Under the pieces are notes generated by a model. The model was not told the DNA's origin and did no database searches. It saw only the letters and a list, made by a program, of their open reading frames with translations. Positions 37,001-44,297 of a stretch of 64,000 bases of DNA are shown in pieces (positions within the stretch are counted from its first letter, which is position 1; each line of letters opens with the position of its first letter). This DNA is from a virus (lineage: Duplodnaviria > Caudoviricetes). Both the position numbers and the translations under genes were made by a program. The DNA is taken from the IMG/VR virus record IMGVR_UViG_3300032305_001732, positions 12,585 to 76,584 of that record, one strand, 5' to 3'.

Positions 37001-38539
37001 GGGCAGGCTAATCCTGAGTACTGGTCGCAATTCATGGCTGGCTATTCTGCGCCGTTACCTAAGATACCGCAGGTGTACCACAAGTTTGTTGAGCAGTTGC
37101 GCGGTGCTGGTATTAACACAGTACGCGAAGGTACTAAAACAAACATAATGGCGCTAACCAATAAGGACATTGACGAGCTTGCCGGCGATCGCGAGATTCA
37201 AAATGCAGAGACTGTTGATTGGAAATCTGGCATGCGTCCAAAGACGGGCGGACTGTTTGACGAGAAGTTAACAGGCGGCCACAACGGTAATCGCTGGTCT
37301 AAGATCACGTTGCACGAGCCTATGCCGAATCCTGTGATGGAAGAGCCTATTCGGCGTGTGCTTGGGCTTACAGAAAATAAATTCCGTAGTGTGCTGGCAG
37401 GGAAAGAGCAGTTGGGCGATAAAACTGGCCCGTCGGCTATTAAAGACGCGCTAAGCCGCATAGACCTACCGAAGGCTATGGAGCAGGCGCGCCAAGATAT
37501 TCATTCTGGGCGTAAAATGGCCCGTGATGCTGCTGTTCGCCGGTTAGCATTCTTAAAAAGTGCAGAAAAGACTGGTGTACATCCGGAAAATTGGATGCTG
37601 GACAAGATGCCGGTGATCCCGCCGGCGTTTAGACCCGTGTCGACGATGGGGCAAAAGAAGATGCCGCTCGTTGCTGACGCTAATTATCTCTATAAAGAGC
37701 TTCTAGACGCTAACGGAGCGCTAAAAGACTCGTCCGGCGTGTTGTCAGACACTGGCGACGAGCGTTTAGGGTTATACGACGCCATGAAAGGCGTTACAGG
37801 CCTCGGCGACCCAACACAATCAAAGAATGTAGAGCGCCGAGTACGTGGTTTTCTGTCGCAGATCTTTGGAAATTCGCCAAAATACGGCACAGTGCAGCGA
37901 AAACTGCTTAGCAGCACTGTAGACCTAGTCGGCCGCGCTGTTATTACGCCTAATCCCGACCTAGACATGGATCAGGTGGCGCTTCCGGAAGAAAAAGCCT
38001 GGGAAATATACAAGCCGTTTATTGTACGCGGCCTTGTGCGGCGTGGTTTGCCTCGTATGGAAGCTATCAACGCATTTGACGGCAAGAGTAAAGAAGCGCT
38101 AAGCGAACTTCAGACGCAAATGAACTCGCGGCCAATTATTATCAATCGCGCGCCCGTTTTACATCGTTATGGTATGATGGCCTTTTATCCAAGGCTGACA
38201 AAAAACAAAGTTATGGAGGTTAGTCCGCTTGTAACCAAGGGTTTCGGCGCCGACTTCGACGGTGACGCGATGCAATATCACGTCCCAAGCACGGATGACG
38301 CTGCCAAAGAAGCTGTTGCGAAGATGCTGCCAAGTAAAAACTTGTTTGCGGCTTCTACATTCAAAGCGCACTACACTCCAGTAGCGGAATATCAGTCAGG
38401 GCTGTATGTTGCTTCTAATAGAATCAACAAACAAGCGCAGCCGAAGGTATTTAGAAGTAAACAAGACGCAATTGCGGCATATCGACGTGGCGACATTGAG
38501 GTTGACACGCCAGTACATATCGTAGAGAGCGACGATTAA
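34088..38539 (+). CDS. rpoB: Multisubunit RNA polymerase: beta fused to the N-terminal/catalytic half of beta'
   Basis: beta motifs RVTRLGEGG, TPES, GDKLTGRFGDKG, PLGLASRIN and MKLHH..KAQGRSTG; then beta' motifs GGLFDEK, PVIPPAFRP, KLLSSTVDLVGRAVI, INRAPVLHR and the catalytic GADFDGD (38246-38266). Confidence 0.93.
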   Translation: MPDLNPSNSILGPTTREFGDVQSLRSGIFNQAQQSALQVAPFEPGAIRTGIFNGVLQQAQNIKPIQNDLYTLSLQDVNYEGPENFTKKDHKQAVLSHGSLARKLRGTWTLTDNASGEAISQRRATIANVPYLTHAGTFVNNGVEYTLAHQMRLRPGVYTREKDNGELEAHVNVLPGKGRMHRYFLDPKTGVFKINIGQAQIPLMPMLKAMGVPEQEIRKAWGNELTAVNMEKGDAGTLDKLYNRLVYKPVADLDPAGKQKAIAEEFSKMELDPEVTKRTLGAPIKNLTPDAVLAITKKLIAVNRKETDPDDRDSMAFQQVFGPEDLIAERFTKDRNTLRQLLWKATAKKTLDHVPTGVFNKAITAALVGSGLGSSLEEINPAEIFDHQARVTRLGEGGIGSLDAVPVESRSVQPSHFGFVDYLRTPESGKVGVDMRFARGALKGADGKIYTQVKNLQTGETEYKSPQDIADAPLAFPGEDTSDLPTVAAIVNGKMKYVPREQVQYMLPHMDASFSSLSNMVPLKSMMKGHRVIMGSRMFTQALPLVGAEAPFIQSGVHGTPDRSYEDEMGKHMGAIHADGPAQVVSVTPDEIVLRDKDGNKRSVDLYNDAPFNRKTFWTQTPTVQPGDTVKPGQLLATSNFTDKQGTAALGLNMRVGYLPFKGYVYDDAVVVSESAAKRLTSEHMYQHEAEADDNNHIDKRKFVSLFPQEYDRKTLDNFDDNGVVKKGTTVKYGDPLILVSKANETTYGQVYRGKSANFANDSVTWNHHSPGIVTDVSPTKKGYSVVVKNQAQMEVGDKLTGRFGDKGVVAAVIPDDQMPKDTQDRPLEVLVSPLGLASRINPSQLVEAALGKVAERTGQPYKIQDFDSARDLVQFAKDELRKNNMNDLESVTDPETGRKIKDVLVGNRFFMKLHHTAEAKAQGRSTGGYTAEGAPAKGGETGSKRIGTLDLGALLSHGAGQVIRDAKMVRGQANPEYWSQFMAGYSAPLPKIPQVYHKFVEQLRGAGINTVREGTKTNIMALTNKDIDELAGDREIQNAETVDWKSGMRPKTGGLFDEKLTGGHNGNRWSKITLHEPMPNPVMEEPIRRVLGLTENKFRSVLAGKEQLGDKTGPSAIKDALSRIDLPKAMEQARQDIHSGRKMARDAAVRRLAFLKSAEKTGVHPENWMLDKMPVIPPAFRPVSTMGQKKMPLVADANYLYKELLDANGALKDSSGVLSDTGDERLGLYDAMKGVTGLGDPTQSKNVERRVRGFLSQIFGNSPKYGTVQRKLLSSTVDLVGRAVITPNPDLDMDQVALPEEKAWEIYKPFIVRGLVRRGLPRMEAINAFDGKSKEALSELQTQMNSRPIIINRAPVLHRYGMMAFYPRLTKNKVMEVSPLVTKGFGADFDGDAMQYHVPSTDDAAKEAVAKMLPSKNLFAASTFKAHYTPVAEYQSGLYVASNRINKQAQPKVFRSKQDAIAAYRRGDIEVDTPVHIVESDD

Positions 38540-38551
38540 ACAGGGAGGTTT

Positions 38552-39274
38552 GTGATGGCTATTGTTAATGCAGAGCTGCTTCGTTTAGCCAAGCAGCGGT
38601 TCACTAAAGCCGCTGTTGTAATGCCGGGCATGGACCCAGCCGCTGGCGGTGCGCCCCCCGCTGACCCGGCCGCTATGGGCGCCCCTCCCGCCGACCCGGC
38701 TGCTATGGGCGGCGCTCCGGCGCCAATGCCGGCTATGGATCCAAACGCCATGGCGGCGCAAGCTGCCCCGCCAATGCCTCCAGCCGGTGGTCCACCCGCA
38801 GCCGCGCCGCAGCAAAAGCTTAAGCCGGAACAAATGATGCAGATGATCGACTATCGTCTGTATAACATGCAACAGCAATTAACTGCGATCATGAATGCCT
38901 TGGGCGTAAAACTTCCGCCCGAGGCAATTGTGCTGCCCCCCGGATCGACCTCCGCGCCCGCGCCAGAAACGGCGCTCCCCGGCGGTCCCGGCGCTCCGGC
39001 AGCCCCTGCGGCAGCTCCTGCTGCTGGTGGCGATCCCGCCGCCGCGCAGCTGCCGCAGGACGTATACGCGGGGCCCGATCCTACGCAGAACGGCGGCGCG
39101 GTGTCGCCGATCGCGCCAGCAAAGGCCGCGTGGTGGCAGCAACCAGAGCCGGCGAAGGCTGCTTCTTATATTGGCGATCCGGTGCCGGCGACTGAAGAAG
39201 TTCCGGCTGACTTACAGGTTTCAGCAAACGCCACGAGCTTTTTGCTGAGGAGCCTGTCGCAAAATGCGCGTTAA
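38552..39274 (+). CDS. Pro/Ala-rich low-complexity protein with a short central helical domain
   Basis: DPAA(G/M)GAPPA repeats at about 38633-38720; LKPEQMMQMIDYRLYNMQQQL core; TKAA and two AKAA motifs; no Cys. Confidence 0.6.
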   Translation: MMAIVNAELLRLAKQRFTKAAVVMPGMDPAAGGAPPADPAAMGAPPADPAAMGGAPAPMPAMDPNAMAAQAAPPMPPAGGPPAAAPQQKLKPEQMMQMIDYRLYNMQQQLTAIMNALGVKLPPEAIVLPPGSTSAPAPETALPGGPGAPAAPAAAPAAGGDPAAAQLPQDVYAGPDPTQNGGAVSPIAPAKAAWWQQPEPAKAASYIGDPVPATEEVPADLQVSANATSFLLRSLSQNAR

Positions 39275-39506
39275 AACGCAACATTTCCTGCAGCCAGCTA
39301 TTGCTGACGCGCATAGCGTGATAGTTGAAAACGCTGCAGGTCAGCCGATATTCATAGCCATTGAAGGCGATGGCGGCAGTGTAATTGCTGCACAAGCCGG
39401 CGACCCGGACTTTGCCGGAATGCTTAAAATGCTTGGCGTAGAGAAAACGACAATGGTTTACAATATGAAACCAAAGTCGATCGAGGAAATGAAGGCGCTG
39501 TTTTAA
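39264..39506 (+). CDS. Small hypothetical protein between the RNAP genes
   Basis: 80 aa ORF coupled to both neighbours. Confidence 0.6.
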   Translation: MRVKTQHFLQPAIADAHSVIVENAAGQPIFIAIEGDGGSVIAAQAGDPDFAGMLKMLGVEKTTMVYNMKPKSIEEMKALF

Positions 39507-39507
39507 T

Positions 39508-41367
39508 ATGCTGAAAACAACGCTCGGCCAACTTTTGATTAACAACGCGCTTCCGCAAGACCTGCGGGACCATAACCGCGTTTTAAACAAAAAGAACATG
39601 ATCGCGTTGGCTACCGAGATAGCGCAAAAATATCCTGACAAGTACCGCGAAATAACAAAGCGATTACAGGACATCGGCAACGAGACGTCCTACACGACTA
39701 ACGGCTTGTCTGTAGGCCTAGACGCTATTCGCCCGGCTGTGTCTGCAATTAAAAAGCAGCACGAGGTTAGGCAGCAGTTGCGTGGAATTCTCGCCGACCG
39801 CACGCTGGATGACAAAACACGCAATATGCGCATTCTCGAGATGACGTCGAAGGCGCAGCGCGAGCTTGTAGACTCTGTGTACAAAGACGCAGAGGAGCAA
39901 GACAATCCCTTATTCCACCAAGTATCAGGCGGGGTTAAAGGCAATAAGTTTCAGTTAAACAGCATCATTGGCGCTGACCTGCAATACGTCGATCACAAAA
40001 ACGAGCCAATTCCAATTCCGGTAATGCGCGGCTACAGCCAGGGTCTGCGACCTGTTGAATATTTCGCTGGCGCGTTCGGCACACGAAAAGGGCTAATTGA
40101 CTTAAAGACAGCTACGTCCGACGCAGGTTTCTTTGCCAAGCAACTTGCGCAGATGAACCACAGACTGCTCGTGACGGCTGACGACGACGAGATCGCTGAT
40201 GACACGCGCGGGTTTCCGTCTGATGTTGATGACGTAGATAACGAAGGCGCATTGTTAGCTAGAGGCGTCGGACCGTATAAGCGCAACACGACACTAACGC
40301 CGAAGATACTAAAAGATCTTAAATCGCTAGGTATTAAAGACATTCTTGTACGCAGCCCGACTGTTGGCGGTCCGGAAGACGGCGGCGTATACGCTAAAGA
40401 CGTAGGCTATCGCGAGAAGAATAGACTACCGCCGACTGGCGATTATGTCGGTATCGCGGCAGCTCAGGCGCTTGCGGAACCTGTTACGCAGTCGCAGATT
40501 AGCTCAAAGCATTCTGGCGGCGTCGGTGGCGCTGGCGCTATTTCTGGTTTTAAGGCGCTCAACGCGCTCGTGCAGGTGCCAGAGAAATACCCAAATGGTG
40601 CTACGCATTCATCTATTGACGGCGCAGTGCAAGAAATCCGGCCGGCCGCGCAGGGTGGCAGTTATGTAGTAATTAACGGCCAAGACCATTACGTACCTAC
40701 TGGCGTGGCAGTGACAGTCAAACGTGGCGACAATGTTGAAGCCGGTGACGTTGTATCTGAGGGTATGCCAAGTCCAAAAGAAATAGTCGCGCACAAAGGC
40801 ATTGGCGAAGGTCGTCGATATTTTGTGCAGGCTATGAAGCAAGTTATGGGCAACAGCGGCATTACAGCGCATCGCCGTAATATTGAGCTGCTTTCGCGCG
40901 GGCTTATTAATCACGTACGCATGACAGACGAATACGGTGATTATTTACCTGACGACGTAGTGCCGTACTCAATGATTGAACGTAACTGGCAGCCGCGTGC
41001 AGGAAGCGTCCGCGCAGCGCCAAAAAGCCTGCAAGGACATTACCTCGAAAAACCGACTCTGCATTATTCTGTTGGAACAAAAATCGGTAAATCTGTCGTA
41101 GACAATTTAAACAAATACGGCATTACAGACGTCGAAGCGCATAAAGAGCCGCCGCCGTTTGAACCAGAGATGGTGCGCGGCATGGCTAATATCTCGAAAG
41201 ATCCTGACTGGATGACTCGCATGCTCGGGTCATATCAGCAGAAAAGTTTACTGCAAGCCACACACCGCGGCGGCGTTAGCGATACGGCAGGTACTAGTTT
41301 TGTACCGACGCTTGCCCGCGGAGAAACATTTGGTTTAGGCGGCGCGACAAGTGGCTGGAAACCGTAA
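39508..41367 (+). CDS. rpoC: RNA polymerase beta' C-terminal half
   Basis: Bridge helix GTRKGLIDLKTATSDAGFFAKQL; trigger loop AAQALAEPVTQSQISSKHSGG; VKRGDNVEAGDVVSEG; HRRNIELL. Confidence 0.9.
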   Translation: MLKTTLGQLLINNALPQDLRDHNRVLNKKNMIALATEIAQKYPDKYREITKRLQDIGNETSYTTNGLSVGLDAIRPAVSAIKKQHEVRQQLRGILADRTLDDKTRNMRILEMTSKAQRELVDSVYKDAEEQDNPLFHQVSGGVKGNKFQLNSIIGADLQYVDHKNEPIPIPVMRGYSQGLRPVEYFAGAFGTRKGLIDLKTATSDAGFFAKQLAQMNHRLLVTADDDEIADDTRGFPSDVDDVDNEGALLARGVGPYKRNTTLTPKILKDLKSLGIKDILVRSPTVGGPEDGGVYAKDVGYREKNRLPPTGDYVGIAAAQALAEPVTQSQISSKHSGGVGGAGAISGFKALNALVQVPEKYPNGATHSSIDGAVQEIRPAAQGGSYVVINGQDHYVPTGVAVTVKRGDNVEAGDVVSEGMPSPKEIVAHKGIGEGRRYFVQAMKQVMGNSGITAHRRNIELLSRGLINHVRMTDEYGDYLPDDVVPYSMIERNWQPRAGSVRAAPKSLQGHYLEKPTLHYSVGTKIGKSVVDNLNKYGITDVEAHKEPPPFEPEMVRGMANISKDPDWMTRMLGSYQQKSLLQATHRGGVSDTAGTSFVPTLARGETFGLGGATSGWKP

Positions 41368-41454
41368 TTTTCAATAAGAGTGGATTATTCAGCTAAATCC
41401 AGGTAAATTAAACATACCGAACGATTAAGTCGAATAAGCCGCATGGAGGTGGCC

Positions 41455-43848
41455 GTGGGTACGAATTACAGCAAAAATGTTTCCAATAAGCTCACTGCAA
41501 TGAGTAACTACGCCCGTAAAGGCGTAAAACTCGCAGCCCTCGGCGGCAAAGGTGATGACGTCCCGTTTGAGCAGGCGTTTAGCAATTTAGCTCACGCGTA
41601 TCTGCAAGACAAAGCTCCGGGTCTCATGGATCACGAGGTAGGCTTTCAGCTCCTCGACCGCAACGCCGAAAACACAAAGGCGGTCGGCGTGTTTGCATTT
41701 AAGGTTGGGTCATTGTGGCTTTACGCGCCGATGTTCTTTTTAAACGGCGACCTAAAGGGCCACGAGCTCCTGTATTTAAAGAATCAGGATATGTTCGTGC
41801 CGCTTAAGGAAAACTGGATTAACTACCTCGTTAATCGTAAGCCGAGCATTTTAGGCCAAAACATCGACCGCAATTTATCGCAATTCGGCCAACGACAGCC
41901 TGACTTCACGCAGATGAGCCGCTCGCCGTCAAAGTTTGGCTCCGCCCAACCTACGCTCAAGGAAATGATTTCAGACGTTCTTCCGGCATTTGCCAAGAGC
42001 GCCACAATGAATACTTCCCGCGTTTTTGAGGACATGGGCAAGAAGCTCAACCTCGCGCAGTTCCTTAAAGAAGCCGAGCTGACAACGATTGACTTTCTTG
42101 TAAAGTCTTGCCAGTACGCCCCGCAGTTAGCCACTGCGCTCGAGGAATTCCACGGTCTCGACATTATTAAAGATGCTATTGCCGCCGCCACAGCTCGCGG
42201 TACTGAGACAAAGATCGCCAGCGTGTTGTCTGAGTCGCCCAAAACGCCTGCAGCTGAGAAGAGCCTGAAGATTATCGACGGCGTTACGATGCAAACAAAG
42301 CTGCCGCCTGAAGCCACAGAAGAAGATCAAGAAAAACTTCTGCAAGACGGCCTGCTTATCCTCGACCAGCGCGACAGCGATAACGTTTCAATTCCGTACA
42401 ACATCCAGGTGGAAAAGAAGCTGTACAACCCCACCGAAAGCGGACTGTACGAGATTCTGGTCAAGCCGGGCAATACCGAGCGCTGCTATGTTGCCGTGTA
42501 TCCGCAAGGCTCTGCCAAGCGCGAAAAAATGGTGACGGTTGTGCGCGTTGACGGTAAGCCTGATTGGTTAAATACACGCGCTAATAACGTATGGGCTTTA
42601 ACCCGCATAGAGGGCGAAGAGTTCGACACGTGGTTCGACAAGCTGCCCGAAGCCACTAGTGTTCCGGGTAAATCTGCGCGTTACATGGCTATCAGCAAGC
42701 GCGGCGATACGACTGTGCCTTTCCGAGTGTTGCGCGAGTATGGCGACAGCGGTAAAGACTCCACAGTGTACGAAGTGCACATGGAAGATCACTGCCATCA
42801 CCGCATGCCAGGTGATATCTCTGGTTGCTGCTATACAGACCCGCTGAATTACGATAAATATCGTGACGGCGTGCGCATTCATTTAAACGGTAAAAAAGGC
42901 ACAAGCTTACGTTCCAGCATGGGCGATATTTTTGTGCCGGAAGGTTTTAAGCTGCTCAAGGTCAGCAAGGGCGAAGACGATACAGATTCGTCGGAAGGCC
43001 AGGATAGTTGCGCCTGCGGCGAGAGCGAGACGCCGCCGCTCATGCCGGGCACGCTGCTTGATGCTCAATTAGAGCTTATGGGTAAAACTGCCGCACTTAT
43101 TGTGCGGCACACGGGTACGGATGTCATTGTTAATGACGTTCGGCAAGGCTCTGAGAAGAGCGCGTTAATTCACCTCGTTGGCAGCCACGGCTTGCGGGAG
43201 GGCGCTGCCCGTGAAATTATTAAGAAGGCCTCAGCAAAGGGCATGTTTGAATGCCGCGTTAAATACGCTGATCCATATGGGGCGCCAATGATGGTTAACG
43301 ACGCGCCAGGGTCGCCGTCTATGCCAGAGCCGACAATGGGCGGCGAAACTGTTCTTAATACACGCGTGCCGACACAGCTCGGTATTGATATCGGCGTGCC
43401 AGTTCCGGGCATGAGCGCTATGCGTACAGACAGGTCAGTTTACAACCCGAACCCTGACTTTGATTCGACGCCGATGAGTCGCATGCAAGACAAAGATTTG
43501 CAGAGCGTACTTGACGCGGCTAGTTCAGGACAGCGCGAAGTATTTGATACAGCCATGATCGGCAGCATGCTTCGCGCTGTGCGCGACGATTCGCTTGTTG
43601 ATCGCTACATGGGCGAACTGACAAAGGGTCTTGATAAGCTCGGCCGCATTCTGTTTATGTTCTACTGGCACGGTGATCGCTTCGCTGAGCGTTACGGCAA
43701 GTCAGATATGCCGGAATTGGAAGATTCGCTGCGCAACGCTTTTGAAATGCTCGGCGACGTAATTCTCTTCCTGAAGCAGAAGACTATCGAGCCGTATCCT
43801 GATACTGCGGCGCAAGACGTGGATCTTGGCGCTGTTGCAAATTCTTAA
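41455..43848 (+). CDS. Large hypothetical (probably head-associated) protein
   Basis: GGAGG SD + GTG start; leader ending VKLAA; internal AKSA and VKYA; no family recognised. Confidence 0.6.
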   Translation: MGTNYSKNVSNKLTAMSNYARKGVKLAALGGKGDDVPFEQAFSNLAHAYLQDKAPGLMDHEVGFQLLDRNAENTKAVGVFAFKVGSLWLYAPMFFLNGDLKGHELLYLKNQDMFVPLKENWINYLVNRKPSILGQNIDRNLSQFGQRQPDFTQMSRSPSKFGSAQPTLKEMISDVLPAFAKSATMNTSRVFEDMGKKLNLAQFLKEAELTTIDFLVKSCQYAPQLATALEEFHGLDIIKDAIAAATARGTETKIASVLSESPKTPAAEKSLKIIDGVTMQTKLPPEATEEDQEKLLQDGLLILDQRDSDNVSIPYNIQVEKKLYNPTESGLYEILVKPGNTERCYVAVYPQGSAKREKMVTVVRVDGKPDWLNTRANNVWALTRIEGEEFDTWFDKLPEATSVPGKSARYMAISKRGDTTVPFRVLREYGDSGKDSTVYEVHMEDHCHHRMPGDISGCCYTDPLNYDKYRDGVRIHLNGKKGTSLRSSMGDIFVPEGFKLLKVSKGEDDTDSSEGQDSCACGESETPPLMPGTLLDAQLELMGKTAALIVRHTGTDVIVNDVRQGSEKSALIHLVGSHGLREGAAREIIKKASAKGMFECRVKYADPYGAPMMVNDAPGSPSMPEPTMGGETVLNTRVPTQLGIDIGVPVPGMSAMRTDRSVYNPNPDFDSTPMSRMQDKDLQSVLDAASSGQREVFDTAMIGSMLRAVRDDSLVDRYMGELTKGLDKLGRILFMFYWHGDRFAERYGKSDMPELEDSLRNAFEMLGDVILFLKQKTIEPYPDTAAQDVDLGAVANS

Positions 43849-43858
43849 TAGGTGAAAA

Positions 43859-44278
43859 ATGGCTAGCACTATTTGGTCAGGCACTACCACATTTACAGCA
43901 ACGAGCGGCACCGAAACAACTGTGCCCGTAAAAATGCCGCATCGCGGTATTCTTCGCGGCTACGCGCTTGTGCAAACAAGTGGCGCTGACAACAAGTTTG
44001 ACGCTGATCTTTATTCCAGCAATCGAGAGACTGCGCCGAACTCAGCCCTACCGTCCGAGGCTTTTCATGTTTTGAGCCTGGCCGATTTTGCTGACGTTGT
44101 GTCTGACCCTGATGTGGTAGCAATTGCTGAAAACAGCAATGTTAACGTCGCGTATTTAAATCGAGACGGCAGCCCGACATTACCGCAGCGGTTTCTGTAT
44201 CTGCGGATTAAACCTAACGGCACCGGCGCAAAGAATTTTGTACTTACTGTCACCGTCGAAACGCCGATGTTGCGTTAA
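43859..44278 (+). CDS. Hypothetical beta-sandwich virion protein (paralog of 48212-48607)
   Basis: Shares RGILRGY.L.QT.G, LY.SN.ET.PNS.LP.E.F.VLS, PQR.LYL.I.P.G.G.K.F and VETP with its paralog. Confidence 0.65.
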   Translation: MASTIWSGTTTFTATSGTETTVPVKMPHRGILRGYALVQTSGADNKFDADLYSSNRETAPNSALPSEAFHVLSLADFADVVSDPDVVAIAENSNVNVAYLNRDGSPTLPQRFLYLRIKPNGTGAKNFVLTVTVETPMLR

Positions 44279-44297
44279 ATATCTACGGAGTAATACC

